In this document: positions 27,696 through 37,746 of the stretch, in pieces
Position numbering within the stretch: the stretch's first letter is position 1
Layout of the letters: every line of letters begins with the position of its first letter
Assembly: GCA_965250285.1 (NCBI GenBank)
Contig: OZ252299.1
Coordinates: 5,312,001 to 5,376,000 of the forward strand
Direction: 5' to 3'
Source of the DNA: Myxococcota bacterium
GTDB lineage: Bacteria; Myxococcota_A; UBA9160; UBA4427
Length of the DNA stretch: 64,000 bases
Program-made: the position numbers and the translations under genes
Notes under the pieces: model-generated
Seen by the model: only the letters and a program-made list of their open reading frames with translations
The model's database searches: none
Told to the model about the DNA's origin: nothing

Positions 27696-28655
27696 CTAGG
27701 CTGGGCCGAGCGTGGCGGGGGCCCTGAACATCCGGCGATAGTCGGTCGGGCTCTTGCCGACGATCTGCGAGAACTGCGCGCGAAACGTCTGGGTCGACCG
27801 AAAGCCGACCAGCGCGGCCACGCGGTCGATGTTGTCGGCGCCGCTTTCGAGCAGGCGTTGCGCCTCGCGAATGCGGGCCTGGCGGACCCACGCCGCGGGC
27901 GTCGTGCCCATCTGTTCGCGGAACTTGCGACTGAGCGATCGCGTGCTCATGCCCGAGTGCTTCGCGATCTCGTCGATCGACAGGTCGCGGTCGAGATGCG
28001 CATGCATCCAATCGAGCACGGCCGCGAGCGACGCGTCGTCGCTCGCGGGCAGCGGGCGCGCAATGAACTGCGCCTGACCCCCGTCGCGTTCGAGCGGCAC
28101 CACGGTGAGACGTGCGATCTGCGCCGCCACCGCGGCGCCGTAATCTCGTCGAACGATGTGCAGGCACAGATCGATGCCGGCCGCGGCCCCAGCCGAAGTC
28201 AGCAGCTGCCCGTTGTCGACGAACAGCACCGCAGGATCGACGTCGATGGCGGGGTACTGCTCGGCGAGCCGATCGGCGGCGAGCCAGTGTGTGGTCGCAC
28301 GAAGCCCCGAGAGCATCCCCGTCGCCGCCAGAACGAAGGCGCCCGTGCAGATCGAGGCGATCTGCACGCCTCGTTCGGCCGCCGCCCGAAGCGCCGCCAC
28401 GACCGAACGCGGGATCGGTCGATCGAGATCGGAGAGGCCCGGCACGATGATCGTGTCGGCGGAGTCGAGCGCTTCGAGCCCGTGATTCAGCTGCAGCTGA
28501 AAGCCGGTCGAGCGAATGCGCTGGCTCGGCCCGCAGACCCGCACCTCGTAGGCGGCCTCGCCGCTCGGCAGGCGCGCGCGAGAGAAGATGTCGAACGGCG
28601 CGCCGAGGTCGAAGGGGACGACGTCGTTGAGGACCAGGAGAGCCACTCGTTTCAT
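27696..28655 (-). CDS. GlxA/FtrA-type AraC regulator with DJ-1/PfpI domain
   Basis: ASICTGAFVLA, ATTHW, TSAGAAAGIDLCL, RDGGQAQF, C-terminal double HTH. Confidence 0.93.
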   Translation of the reverse strand: MKRVALLVLNDVVPFDLGAPFDIFSRARLPSGEAAYEVRVCGPSQRIRSTGFQLQLNHGLEALDSADTIIVPGLSDLDRPIPRSVVAALRAAAERGVQIASICTGAFVLAATGMLSGLRATTHWLAADRLAEQYPAIDVDPAVLFVDNGQLLTSAGAAAGIDLCLHIVRRDYGAAVAAQIARLTVVPLERDGGQAQFIARPLPASDDASLAAVLDWMHAHLDRDLSIDEIAKHSGMSTRSLSRKFREQMGTTPAAWVRQARIREAQRLLESGADNIDRVAALVGFRSTQTFRAQFSQIVGKSPTDYRRMFRAPATLGPA

Positions 28656-28736
28656 TGGCTCGATTCTAGCGACCTTGTCTCATTTTCGTCTCTTTGGGCC
28701 ATTTAATGGGTCTGGATGGCCTTTCGTAGTGAGTCG

Positions 28737-28773
28737 ATTGGCCAGATTCAGATGTGAATTGGCAATCTGGCCA
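28737..28773. promoter_or_regulatory. Putative AraC/GlxA operator
   Basis: Perfect 10-bp inverted repeat tggccagatt/aatctggcca with a 15-nt spacer; attggc repeated at a 21-bp period; AT-richer divergent intergenic region. Confidence 0.55.
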
Positions 28774-28823
28774 CACCGAATTCTCGTACTGTCGCCGCTT
28801 CGCGCCTCGAGGGAGACCTACGA

Positions 28824-29261
28824 ATGGAACTCATCGTGCGGGACGCCCCGCTCATGGCCTACGTCGCGCCGGCGATCCCCGCGCTCGTCTTCATCTGCGT
28901 CATGTCGCTGATCAAGGAGCCGCTCAAGCGCCAGATCAATGTCGTCATCGCGGGTGGCTTCTCGACGCTCTATGTGAACGGCGGCTTCGGTGTCTGGGAG
29001 TTCGTCTACATGGCGCTGGCCACGATTCCGGCGGTGCTCGGTCACCGCTCCTACAAGTTCATCGGCGTCGCGTGGCTGATGCACGCCGCGTGGGATCTCT
29101 TGCACCACTTCTACGGCAACCCGCTGTGGGAGTTCAGCGAGCTGTCGTCGTTGGGCTGCGCGGTGATGGACTCGATCGTGGCCGTCTGGTTCTTCGCCGA
29201 CGCACCGTCTGTCTTCGCCTGGCTTCGCCGCGATGTGGGGGCGGCTCGGGTCCCCTCCTGA
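28824..29261 (+). CDS. Small membrane protein (DUF6010-like)
   Basis: 4-5 TM segments, WLMHAAWDLLHH, CAVMD; GGGAG RBS. Confidence 0.7.
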   Translation: MELIVRDAPLMAYVAPAIPALVFICVMSLIKEPLKRQINVVIAGGFSTLYVNGGFGVWEFVYMALATIPAVLGHRSYKFIGVAWLMHAAWDLLHHFYGNPLWEFSELSSLGCAVMDSIVAVWFFADAPSVFAWLRRDVGAARVPS

Positions 29262-29462
29262 TTCGCAAACCGCGGTCGACTCGTCGTCGGGTTCCCTCCG
29301 CCCCCCTTGACCCCGGTGACGCACGCGAGCGCGTCGCGGTGGGTTGCTTTCACGGCGCTGGCGGTCCGCCGCACGGGTCTGCTCCGTCCCCCACCCCGGC
29401 TAGACTCCCATGACCGAAGACGAGTCGAGACCGCCGGCGCGCGGTCGGGGAGGGCGCACAGG

Positions 29463-29930
29463 ATGCGGATTCTCGAGATCGCGGGCGGCACGGTGCTCGT
29501 GCTGCTGCTCATCGTTGCGCTCGCGGCGCCGCTCGGGCCGGTGCCCGGCTTCTTCATCGGGGGCAACCAGACGGCCGCACCTTCGCAGTGGCCCGACACG
29601 TCGGCGGTCGACGAGATCAAGCTCAAGGTGCCGGGCACGTTGCCGCGGGTCGTCATCATCTGGGTCGTCGACGTGGATGGTGAGCTGCACGTGGTCGGCA
29701 GCCGCGACAGCGGCTGGGTCGAGATGATCGGCAGCGGTTCGCCCGTCGAAATGCGGCTCGGCGACGAGACGTATGCGCTCGAGGCCGTCGAGGTGAACGA
29801 GGGCAAGGCCGAGATCCTGCAGGCCTACGTAGCGAAGTACGAAGACGACTACCCCGACATCATCGCCGGGTTCCCCGAACCCGACGAGGCGATCCGAACC
29901 GCCGCCGTCTACCGACTGAATCGTTCGTAG
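29463..29930 (+). CDS. Hypothetical protein (split-barrel/DUF2255-like) with N-terminal signal or TM segment
   Basis: GPVPGFFIGG, IIWVVDVDGELHV, YVAKY. Confidence 0.6.
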   Translation: MRILEIAGGTVLVLLLIVALAAPLGPVPGFFIGGNQTAAPSQWPDTSAVDEIKLKVPGTLPRVVIIWVVDVDGELHVVGSRDSGWVEMIGSGSPVEMRLGDETYALEAVEVNEGKAEILQAYVAKYEDDYPDIIAGFPEPDEAIRTAAVYRLNRS

Positions 29931-29959
29931 CTCAGGCGTTCGGGCGGAGGACGCGCGGG

Positions 29960-30571
29960 ATGAGCCTGGAGCAGCGGCTCGAGAAGCTCCACCAGATCTG
30001 GTTCCCGGGCGATCTCGATTCGCCCGAGGCCGTCGCCGAAGCCAGCGCCATCTGGTTCGGGGGGCCGAGCGCGCTCGACGACCGCTTGCGTGACGAGTTC
30101 GGCGACCTGCCGGATCTCGTGGCGCGGCAGGAGGCCGGCGCCTGGATCGGCGAGCCGGCACGGGCGGTCGCCGCCGTGATCGCGCTCGATCAGATCCCGC
30201 GCAACATCCATCGAGGCTCGCCCAAGGCATTCGCCTATGACGGCCGCGCCGTCGAGGTCGCCTCCGCGTTGTGCGATGCCGGCGTGATCGAGGCTCTGCA
30301 TCCCATCGAGGCGAGCTTCGTGTATCTGCCCTTCGAACATGCTGAAGACCCGAAGCTGCAGCTGCGCTGTGTCGAAGGATTTCGGGCGCTCCGCGAGCGC
30401 GCACCGAGCGGGCTCGAGTCGCAGCTCGACGGCACGTTCGATTACGCTCTGCGCCACCAGACGATCATCGACCGGTTCGGTCGCTTCCCCCATCGCAACG
30501 AGGTGCTGGGCCGAGAAACGACCGAAGCCGAGCGCGCCTATCTCGAAGACGGGGGCGATACGTTCTCGTAG
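29960..30571 (+). CDS. DUF924 family protein
   Basis: LDQIPRNIHRG, YLPFEHAE, RFGRFPHRNEVLGR. Confidence 0.9.
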   Translation: MSLEQRLEKLHQIWFPGDLDSPEAVAEASAIWFGGPSALDDRLRDEFGDLPDLVARQEAGAWIGEPARAVAAVIALDQIPRNIHRGSPKAFAYDGRAVEVASALCDAGVIEALHPIEASFVYLPFEHAEDPKLQLRCVEGFRALRERAPSGLESQLDGTFDYALRHQTIIDRFGRFPHRNEVLGRETTEAERAYLEDGGDTFS

Positions 30572-30618
30572 CGCGTTCACTCGAACGGGCGGATGCACGC
30601 GCACAAGCGGAGGTTCCA

Positions 30619-30906
30619 GTGAAGCAGTTCATGATTCTGCATTGCGGATTCGAGCCCCCCTCGCCCGAACAGATGGGCGAGTGGAACGCCTGGTTCGAGT
30701 CGATCGCGGGTCGCCAGGTCGACCGGCGCGGGTTGCGCGGCGGCAACGAGATCACGAGCGACGGCGTGAACGAGCTGCCTTTCGGCCATGACTCGATCAC
30801 CGGTTACACCATCATCGAGGCCGAGAGCCTCGAAGAAGCGACTCATCTGGCCGAAGGCTGCCCGATCGTTCACAGCACGTGCGTCTACGAGCTGATGGGC
30901 GGCTAG
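30619..30906 (+). CDS. YciI-like (dimeric alpha-beta barrel) protein
   Basis: ITGYTIIEAESLEEA...GCP; GGAGG RBS. Confidence 0.75.
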   Translation: MKQFMILHCGFEPPSPEQMGEWNAWFESIAGRQVDRRGLRGGNEITSDGVNELPFGHDSITGYTIIEAESLEEATHLAEGCPIVHSTCVYELMGG

Positions 30907-30985
30907 TCGCCGCGGCAGGTGCAGCGCAGCGCGGTAGGCTCTCGGCTTCGCGTCGAGTCACTCTACGCCACGGAGCGCGTCCCAC

Positions 30986-31837
30986 ATGTCTCATCCCGCA
31001 CTCTCTTCGGGCCGCACGGCGGTCATCACCGGCGCTGCGAGCGGCATCGGCCTCGCCACGGCCGAACGGCTCGCTGTGATGGGCATGAACGTCTGCATTG
31101 CCGACCTCGAGGGCGACGCGCTCGCCGAGGCGGGCCAGCTCCTCGCATCGCGATCGGATCGCGGCGCCGATGCCGTTCTGACGGTGGCGACCGACGTCTC
31201 GCGCTTCGAGTCGGTCGAGGCGCTGCGCGATGCCGCGTTCGACCGCTTCGGTGAGGTGGCGCTGCTGATGAACAATGCGGGCGCGGGAGGCGGCGGCGCG
31301 CCCTGGCAGAACCTGGAGGGCTGGCAGCGGGTGTTCGCGGTCAATCTCTGGGGGGTGGTCCACGGACTGCAGGCCTTCACCCAACAGATGATCGATCAGG
31401 GCACGCCGTGTGCGATCGTGAACACGGGCTCGAAGCAGGGCATCACGAATCCGCCGGGCGATGCGGCCTACAACGCGACGAAGGCGGCGATCAAGAGCCT
31501 GACCGAGAGCCTCGCCCACCAGCTGCGGGGCGTCGAAGACTGTCACGTGACGGCGCACCTGCTCGTCCCGGGCTTCACGTACACGGGCATGATCAAGCGC
31601 TTCGTGAAAGAGAAACCGCCGGCCGCCTGGGGCCCCGAGCAGGTCGCCGATTTTCTGTTGCAGTCACTCGATCGCGGTGACTTCTACGTGTTGTGTCCCG
31701 ACAACGACGTCACGCCCGCCATGGACCATCGACGCATCGAGTGGGCCGCCGGCGACATGATCGAGAACCGGCCCGCGCTCTCGCGCTGGCACGCCGACTA
31801 CGAGGCGGCCTTTGCCGACTTCATGAAGGGCGTCTGA
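30986..31837 (+). CDS. SDR family oxidoreductase
   Basis: TGAASGIG, NNAG, YNATK. Confidence 0.92.
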   Translation: MSHPALSSGRTAVITGAASGIGLATAERLAVMGMNVCIADLEGDALAEAGQLLASRSDRGADAVLTVATDVSRFESVEALRDAAFDRFGEVALLMNNAGAGGGGAPWQNLEGWQRVFAVNLWGVVHGLQAFTQQMIDQGTPCAIVNTGSKQGITNPPGDAAYNATKAAIKSLTESLAHQLRGVEDCHVTAHLLVPGFTYTGMIKRFVKEKPPAAWGPEQVADFLLQSLDRGDFYVLCPDNDVTPAMDHRRIEWAAGDMIENRPALSRWHADYEAAFADFMKGV

Positions 31838-31859
31838 AACGAGCAGTGCTCAGCCAGGC

Positions 31860-32291
31860 TCAGTCGTCGAGGTACCGCTTCGCGTACTCGGCGAAGCGCT
31901 CATCGCTGCCTTCGACGACGCGATCCTCGAGGTGTTGGATTCGGTCGCCGACGAACTCGGCGTGCTCATGGCCGTCGAGGACGAAGTCGGGGCATCCGGG
32001 CTGGCCATACGTCGCCCGCCAGCCGAACGAGAACCGCGTCTGGCCGATCTCGGGGTTGCCGACGAGCTCGAGCTCGCGTGTAGCGAACCGGCGGTCGAGA
32101 CCGTTCACGTTGCTGCGCAGCTTCTCGACCACCGCCGCGCGGCCTTCGGCTCGACCGCCGAGCGGCGGGCCTCCGTTCACGGCGTAGACGGCGTCGTCGG
32201 TGAAGAAGGGCTCGATCACGCTCCAGTCGTCATCGGCGTATGCGCGCTCGAAGGCGGCGGCATACGCGCCGAAGCGGCCTGCAATCGACAT
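31860..32291 (-). CDS. NTF2/SnoaL-like protein
   Basis: FFTDDAVY, GRAAVV; 143 aa; GGGAG RBS. Confidence 0.75.
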   Translation of the reverse strand: MSIAGRFGAYAAAFERAYADDDWSVIEPFFTDDAVYAVNGGPPLGGRAEGRAAVVEKLRSNVNGLDRRFATRELELVGNPEIGQTRFSFGWRATYGQPGCPDFVLDGHEHAEFVGDRIQHLEDRVVEGSDERFAEYAKRYLDD

Positions 32292-32386
32292 GGCGACTCT
32301 CCCGTTCGAATGGCGGGCGCACGATCTCGGGCACGGCTTGCCCTGATCGTACCAGGAAAGCTCGGCGTCGATGACGATGCGAAGCG

Positions 32387-32731
32387 TCAGTCGCCGATGG
32401 GTTCGAGCGCCTCGATCTGCACCATGAGCGCCGTCATCCCGATCTCGCTGCCCTTCGAGTGGATCTCGCCCCGCCGAAACAGGGCGGCCTGGCCCGGCTC
32501 GATCGGCAGCCGGCGCCCATCGGCGCCTGCTGCCCAGCCCGCGCCCTCAGTCGCAACGAAGAGTTGATCGAAGCCGGCCTCGTGCGGCCCGATCTCGCCG
32601 CCGGGCTCGATGTAGACGGCGTAGACGTGCGCCTCGCCGTGCCCCGAACCGAGGCGGACCGCGGCTGCCCCTCGGCTCTCGAAACGCTCGATCGCCTGCG
32701 CGACGTGGCGTCCCCCATCGAGGATCTGCAA
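32387..32731 (-). CDS. Cupin domain protein
   Basis: IEPGGEIGPHEAGFDQLF, GEIHSKG; TTG start after GGAGG. Confidence 0.8.
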   Translation of the reverse strand: MQILDGGRHVAQAIERFESRGAAAVRLGSGHGEAHVYAVYIEPGGEIGPHEAGFDQLFVATEGAGWAAGADGRRLPIEPGQAALFRRGEIHSKGSEIGMTALMVQIEALEPIGD

Positions 32732-32735
32732 TCGA

Positions 32736-33152
32736 CTATGCCTCCGGCTCGGAGTCGTCGCGTTCGATCTTCCGCCGCTCGACCCAGTCGAGGTAGGCGG
32801 CGATCGTGGCCCGCACGTCGATGTCGTCGACCTCGAGATCGAAGGCGAGGGGGCGCGGTGGAAAGCCGACGCGATAGGCGCCCCCATCGGCTGTTCGTTC
32901 GAGGTGGCCGTAGTCGATCATGTGCCGCCGCACGGTCACGTGATCGACGTGAATGGCTGGCACCACGTCACGCCCCCACTCCTGCAGCAGGTCGTTGATC
33001 TCCTGCTCGCTGTACGTGCGTGCGCTGTCCATCATCATGGTGATGCTCTTCATCAAGATCTCGCGGTCGCGCACCTTGCGCGGGAACCCGCGCGGCCCTC
33101 GATCGGCACCGAGGCGACAGAGGCGTTCGACGAAGTCTTCGGGCGAGATCAT
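32736..33152 (-). CDS. DUF2087-like winged-helix protein
   Basis: FPRK, YSEQEINDLL, DHVTVRRHMIDYGHLER. Confidence 0.78.
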   Translation of the reverse strand: MISPEDFVERLCRLGADRGPRGFPRKVRDREILMKSITMMMDSARTYSEQEINDLLQEWGRDVVPAIHVDHVTVRRHMIDYGHLERTADGGAYRVGFPPRPLAFDLEVDDIDVRATIAAYLDWVERRKIERDDSEPEA

Positions 33153-33300
33153 GGCGAAGGCGAGGGTAGCAGCCAGCGCGTCGTGACTCGGATCGCTGCA
33201 AGGCGTGACGGAGCGCGTGGTACATTGGGCCGACGTCGTACGGCGCGCGAGGCCTGCGATGAAGTAACCCGATCGAGACTCGACGAAGGAACGGCCACTC

Positions 33301-33915
33301 ATGACCCAGGCGGGCCATCCCGAACCGATTCGCTTCTACTTCAGCTTTCGCAGCCCCTATGCGTGGATCGCCGCCGAGAAGCTCGAACACGAGCTCGGTG
33401 GGCTGGGCGTACCGATCGAGTTCAGGCCGATCTTTCCATCGCCTGAGAATTTCCCCAACGACCCGACGAGGTTCGTCGACAAGCAGCGACATCTCGTGCA
33501 GGACGTCTTGCGCCTCGCGCGCGAGGCGGGCCTGCGAGTGACGTTCCCGCCGGTCGGCGATCCCGACTGGACCCTCGCGCACGCGGCGGCGCGCGGCGTC
33601 GATCGCGAGGGGGACGTTCGCTCCTTCATGCTCGAGGTGTTTCGCAAGCGCTTCGCCGAGGGGCTCGACCTCGGTGATCCCGCCGTGATCGCCGACGCCG
33701 CGCGCGCAGCCGGCCTCGACGCCGATGCTGTGCTCGAGCTCGGTCGGTCGCGGGCCCTCCGCGCGGAGGCCGCGGCCGCCTGGGAGAAGGCTCAGCGCGA
33801 AGATCACGTGTTCGGTGTGCCGACGTTCGTCTACGCCGACAAGGTCTACTGGGGCCAGGATCGGATGCGCTTCGTGCGCAGCGCCGTCGAGCGCAAATCG
33901 GGCCGCTCCGCGTGA
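33301..33915 (+). CDS. DsbA-like / HCCA isomerase family protein
   Basis: FYFSFRSPYAW, VFGVPTFV, YWGQDR. Confidence 0.87.
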   Translation: MTQAGHPEPIRFYFSFRSPYAWIAAEKLEHELGGLGVPIEFRPIFPSPENFPNDPTRFVDKQRHLVQDVLRLAREAGLRVTFPPVGDPDWTLAHAAARGVDREGDVRSFMLEVFRKRFAEGLDLGDPAVIADAARAAGLDADAVLELGRSRALRAEAAAAWEKAQREDHVFGVPTFVYADKVYWGQDRMRFVRSAVERKSGRSA

Positions 33916-35624
33916 GTTCGGCGCGCTCGGTCGCGCTCGCCGCTTCGCTGGGCCTGCTCGGCGCCGCGTGCGGATCGCCGGATCACGCGCCGGTCGAGGC
34001 TCATCCCGATCGTTGGAACGTGGTGCTCATCATGGCCGAAGATCTGAGCCCACGGCTCGGTGTCTATGGCGACGCGGTCGCGCAGACCCCGAACATCGAC
34101 CGACTCGCTGCCGAGGGCACGCGCTTCACGCGTGCATTCACGACCGCCGGTGTCTGTGCCCCGAGCCGCGCCGCGGTCTTGATGGGCGTGCACCAGAATC
34201 GCTTCGGCGCTGGGCCGATGCGGGTCAGCACCTCGCCTCTCGACGACGTGCCGCCGTACTCGGCCGTGCCGCCGGCCGAGTGGAAGGCGTACCCCGAGCT
34301 GCTGCGCCGTGCGGGCTACCACACGTCGAACGAAACCAAGACCGACTATGCACTGGCGCCCGGCTTTCGCGGGGTGACCCGCGGTGGGCCCACGACGATC
34401 TGGGACGACTGGGCCGAGGCCGACTGGAGGGCGCGCGAGCCCGGCCAGGCCTTCTTCACGATGTTCAATCCTCAGATGACCCACGAGAGTCGCGTCTGGC
34501 CGACGTGGACGATGGGCGAAGCGTCGAGCTGGGTGCTCGCGCCGATGCGCATCGGCGACCACGCGAGGTGGCCACTCGAGACGGATCCCGCGGACGTCGA
34601 GCTGCCGCCGTACTACGTCGACACGCCGACCGCGCGCGCCGACGTCGCGCGCCACTACAACAACATCGCCCTCATGGATCAGGTCGTCGGCGAGGTGCTC
34701 GATCGGCTGGATGCCGACGGACTGGCTGACCGCACGATCGTGATCTTCACGACCGACCATGGCGACGGATTGCCCCGAGCCAAGCGTTGGGTCTACGACT
34801 CGGGCATTCACGTACCGCTCATCGTGCGATGGCCCGGCGTGACGCCGCCCGGCTCGGTCAACGACGAGCTCGTGAGCCTGATCGATCTCGCGCCGACGAT
34901 CCTGGCTGCCGCCGGCGTCGACGTACCCGCCCACTACGAGGGGCGCGTGTTCGTCGGTCCTGCCCGCGCGCCCGAGCCCGAGTATGTCTTCGCCGCCCGC
35001 GATCGAATGGACGAGGCGCCCGATACGGTGCGGGCGGTGCGCGACCGGCGCTTCAAGTACATCCGCAATCTCGTGCCAGACCAGCCTTACGTGCTGCCGA
35101 TCGGGTTTCGGGACACGATGCCCATGATGCAGGAGCTGATCGCACTCGCTCAGGCCGGTGAGCTCGATGACGTGCAGCGACGCTGGTTCAGCGAGAATCG
35201 GGCCGAAGAAGAGCTGTACGACATCGACGCCGACCCGCACGAGACGAACAACCTCGCGGCCGATCCCGCCCATGCCGAAACCCTCGCGCGCATGCGGGCG
35301 GCGCTCGACCGCGAGCTGGCGGCGCATGACGATTTCGGGCTGATCGCCGAAGCGGCGCTGCGCGAGCGCTTCTATCCGGGGGGCGAGCAACCGGTGACGC
35401 CGGCGCCCGTCATCTCGCTGGTGCCCGGCGAAGGCGGCGCGCAGGCCGTCCTCGCACCCGCGTTGCCGCATGCCTCGATGCGTCATCGGATCGACGACGG
35501 GCCCTGGCGCGTCTACGTGGTGCCCTTCGACGTCGAGGCCGACGCGCAGATCGAAGCTCGCTCGGTGCGCTACGGCTGGGCCGAGAGCGAGGGCGCCAGG
35601 CTGCGCGTCGAGCCCGGCGGGTGA
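33912..35624 (+). CDS. Cys-type (formylglycine) sulfatase, probable lipoprotein
   Basis: NVVLIMAED, CAPSRAAVLMG, TDHGDG, IDLAPT, EELYD; leader ending LGAAC. Confidence 0.92.
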   Translation: MSSARSVALAASLGLLGAACGSPDHAPVEAHPDRWNVVLIMAEDLSPRLGVYGDAVAQTPNIDRLAAEGTRFTRAFTTAGVCAPSRAAVLMGVHQNRFGAGPMRVSTSPLDDVPPYSAVPPAEWKAYPELLRRAGYHTSNETKTDYALAPGFRGVTRGGPTTIWDDWAEADWRAREPGQAFFTMFNPQMTHESRVWPTWTMGEASSWVLAPMRIGDHARWPLETDPADVELPPYYVDTPTARADVARHYNNIALMDQVVGEVLDRLDADGLADRTIVIFTTDHGDGLPRAKRWVYDSGIHVPLIVRWPGVTPPGSVNDELVSLIDLAPTILAAAGVDVPAHYEGRVFVGPARAPEPEYVFAARDRMDEAPDTVRAVRDRRFKYIRNLVPDQPYVLPIGFRDTMPMMQELIALAQAGELDDVQRRWFSENRAEEELYDIDADPHETNNLAADPAHAETLARMRAALDRELAAHDDFGLIAEAALRERFYPGGEQPVTPAPVISLVPGEGGAQAVLAPALPHASMRHRIDDGPWRVYVVPFDVEADAQIEARSVRYGWAESEGARLRVEPGG

Positions 35625-35806
35625 GCGAGCCCGACGGCGTCGTGTTCGACCCGGCGCGCCGCCGGGCGGTCGATGCCGAGCCGGGGTCGCCCGCAGCGTG
35701 CTCGAGTCGCCTTTCCCCGGTCTCGCGATCTTCTGAGGCACAGCGGCTGGGATAGCCTCTTGGTGACGTGTGCGGGGCAGGCCCGCATGCGGTCGAGAGG
35801 GGCGCG

Positions 35807-36274
35807 ATGTCGATCCGACCTGCGAACGCTGACGACTACGAAGCCATCGAGCGACTCTTCGCGCAGCAGAGCGAGCGCCACGCCCGGCTGCACCCCACCC
35901 ACGTGCGCCGCGTTTCGCCGTGCCTCGATGCGGACGCGTTTGCCGAGGCGATCGGGGGCGAGGGCCGCGAGATCGCAGTCGTCGAAGAGGGCGGCTCGAT
36001 CGTCGCGGCGGCGATGCTCGCGACGCGCATCATGGATGGGAAGTACACCGTGCCACGCCAGGTCGCGCACGTGCACGAGATCATCGTCGATGCATCGCTC
36101 CGCAGGCAGGGTGTCGGGCGCACGTTGATGGCCCACATCGAAGCCTGGGCGCGCGCCCGATCGCGCGAGGCGGTCGAGCTGAACGTCTGGGCGAACAACG
36201 CCGGCGCGATGCGGTTCTACGAAGAGCTCGGGTTCACAGTGCTGCGCTACGAGATGCACCGCCGGCTCGACTGA
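35807..36274 (+). CDS. GNAT N-acetyltransferase
   Basis: RRQGVGRTLM, NAGAMRFYEELGF. Confidence 0.88.
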   Translation: MSIRPANADDYEAIERLFAQQSERHARLHPTHVRRVSPCLDADAFAEAIGGEGREIAVVEEGGSIVAAAMLATRIMDGKYTVPRQVAHVHEIIVDASLRRQGVGRTLMAHIEAWARARSREAVELNVWANNAGAMRFYEELGFTVLRYEMHRRLD

Positions 36275-36317
36275 GGCCGCCGCGCGATTCATCGCGCGAC
36301 GCACAAGGAGAGAGAAC

Positions 36318-36563
36318 ATGGGCTCGATCGAGACGCTCAGCGCCTTCTTCGGCTGGATGGCCGTGACGCACATCTTCGTGATGATGGCGATGTTCGCGGC
36401 CATTCTGATCGGTGGGGAGTGGGTGCGAGGCATCCACTCGAGACTCATGGGCCTGAACGACGATGATCTCTCGCGGGCCTACTTCGCGTTCTTCGCGCGC
36501 TACAAGATCGGCATCTGGTTCTTCGCAATCGGCCCGTGGATCGCGCTGCAGCTCATCGACTAG
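36318..36563 (+). CDS. Small membrane protein (DUF6868-like)
   Basis: FFGW, IHSRLMGL, YKI...PWIAL; AAGGAG RBS. Confidence 0.72.
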   Translation: MGSIETLSAFFGWMAVTHIFVMMAMFAAILIGGEWVRGIHSRLMGLNDDDLSRAYFAFFARYKIGIWFFAIGPWIALQLID

Positions 36564-36601
36564 CCGCTCGGCGGCGAGCGCCATTTGGTAAGGTTCGCGC
36601 C

Positions 36602-37273
36602 ATGGCCGCACCCCGTTCCCCCGATCTGCACCCCGAACTCGTGAAGAGCCTGCTCCAGAGCCTCGCCAGCTGGGACCCACGCGCATCCGTGCCGCTGGCT
36701 CTCAAGTTCATGGAGGTCGGCGACTCCGCCGCCCTCGATGGCTTCGACGAGATGGCGCGCAGCAACCCCGCCGCCGACGGCATGCTTCAGGATCGCTACT
36801 TGAGCCCGACGCCCGACGTCGCCTACCTGGGGTCACTGCCCGAAGGCACGCTGGGGAAGGCGTTCGAGCAGTACCTCACCTCGAACGGCCTCGATGCAAA
36901 TCTGCTGCGCGAGTCGGCGTTCATTCCGGCCCACAAGGCGCGAGGCGACGACGTCGGGCATCTGGCCGAGCGCGGCTTTCAGCTTCACGACCTCTTTCAC
37001 GTGTTGACCGGCTACGACACGACGCCGCTCGGCGAAGTGCGCGTCGTGAGCTTTACCGTCGCTCAGACGCCGGCGCCGTATCCGGCGATGATCATTGCGA
37101 GCCGGCCCCTCCAGATGGTGCTCTATCGTCCGCAGCTCCTACCGGCGGTCATGGATGCGATCACCGAAGGGTGGGCGCTCGGCCGCCGTGCGAAGTCGCT
37201 GCTCGACGTGCACTGGGAAGAGCACTGGGAACGTCCGCTCGACGAGCTGCGTCGCGAGTACGATCTCGCCTGA
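36602..37273 (+). CDS. Coq4-like protein
   Basis: LPEGTLG, HDLFHVLTGY-DT-GE (HDxxH-x11-E). Confidence 0.82.
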   Translation: MAAPRSPDLHPELVKSLLQSLASWDPRASVPLALKFMEVGDSAALDGFDEMARSNPAADGMLQDRYLSPTPDVAYLGSLPEGTLGKAFEQYLTSNGLDANLLRESAFIPAHKARGDDVGHLAERGFQLHDLFHVLTGYDTTPLGEVRVVSFTVAQTPAPYPAMIIASRPLQMVLYRPQLLPAVMDAITEGWALGRRAKSLLDVHWEEHWERPLDELRREYDLA

Positions 37274-37305
37274 CGGGCGGCGTGCGTGGTGCGCGATGAA
37301 TCGGC

Positions 37306-37692
37306 ATGAGTCAGCTGCAGGTCGGTCGCGTCATCATCTTTGCGAAGGACATGGCCCGCATGACGCGCTTCTACGGTGAGGTGCTCGGCCTCGAGCGTCG
37401 TGCGAGCGAAGACGACTCGGCCGAGTTCGTGTCGTTCGGTGCCGGTGCGATCGACGTGGCCCTCCATGCGATCGCCGAGCCCTGGGCCGGCCGCATCGAG
37501 ATCTCCGATCCGCCGGAGGCCCGTCACGGGACGCCTCTGAAGCTGGCCTTCTCGGTCGAGAACGTGGCGGCCACGGCCGCCGAGCTGAACGCACGCGGTG
37601 CATCCTTCGGTGCGGTGAATGCGTTCGGATCGCTGCACCTGTGCGACGGGCTCGATCCAGAGGGCAACATCATCCAGCTCTCGAATCGTTGA
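37306..37692 (+). CDS. VOC/glyoxalase family protein
   Basis: FYGEVLGL, DPEGNIIQL. Confidence 0.85.
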   Translation: MSQLQVGRVIIFAKDMARMTRFYGEVLGLERRASEDDSAEFVSFGAGAIDVALHAIAEPWAGRIEISDPPEARHGTPLKLAFSVENVAATAAELNARGASFGAVNAFGSLHLCDGLDPEGNIIQLSNR

Positions 37693-37746
37693 GGGCAAGC
37701 ACCACAGGCGGGGCGCGCTCGGCGTCGTCCACATCGAGGAGGCACC

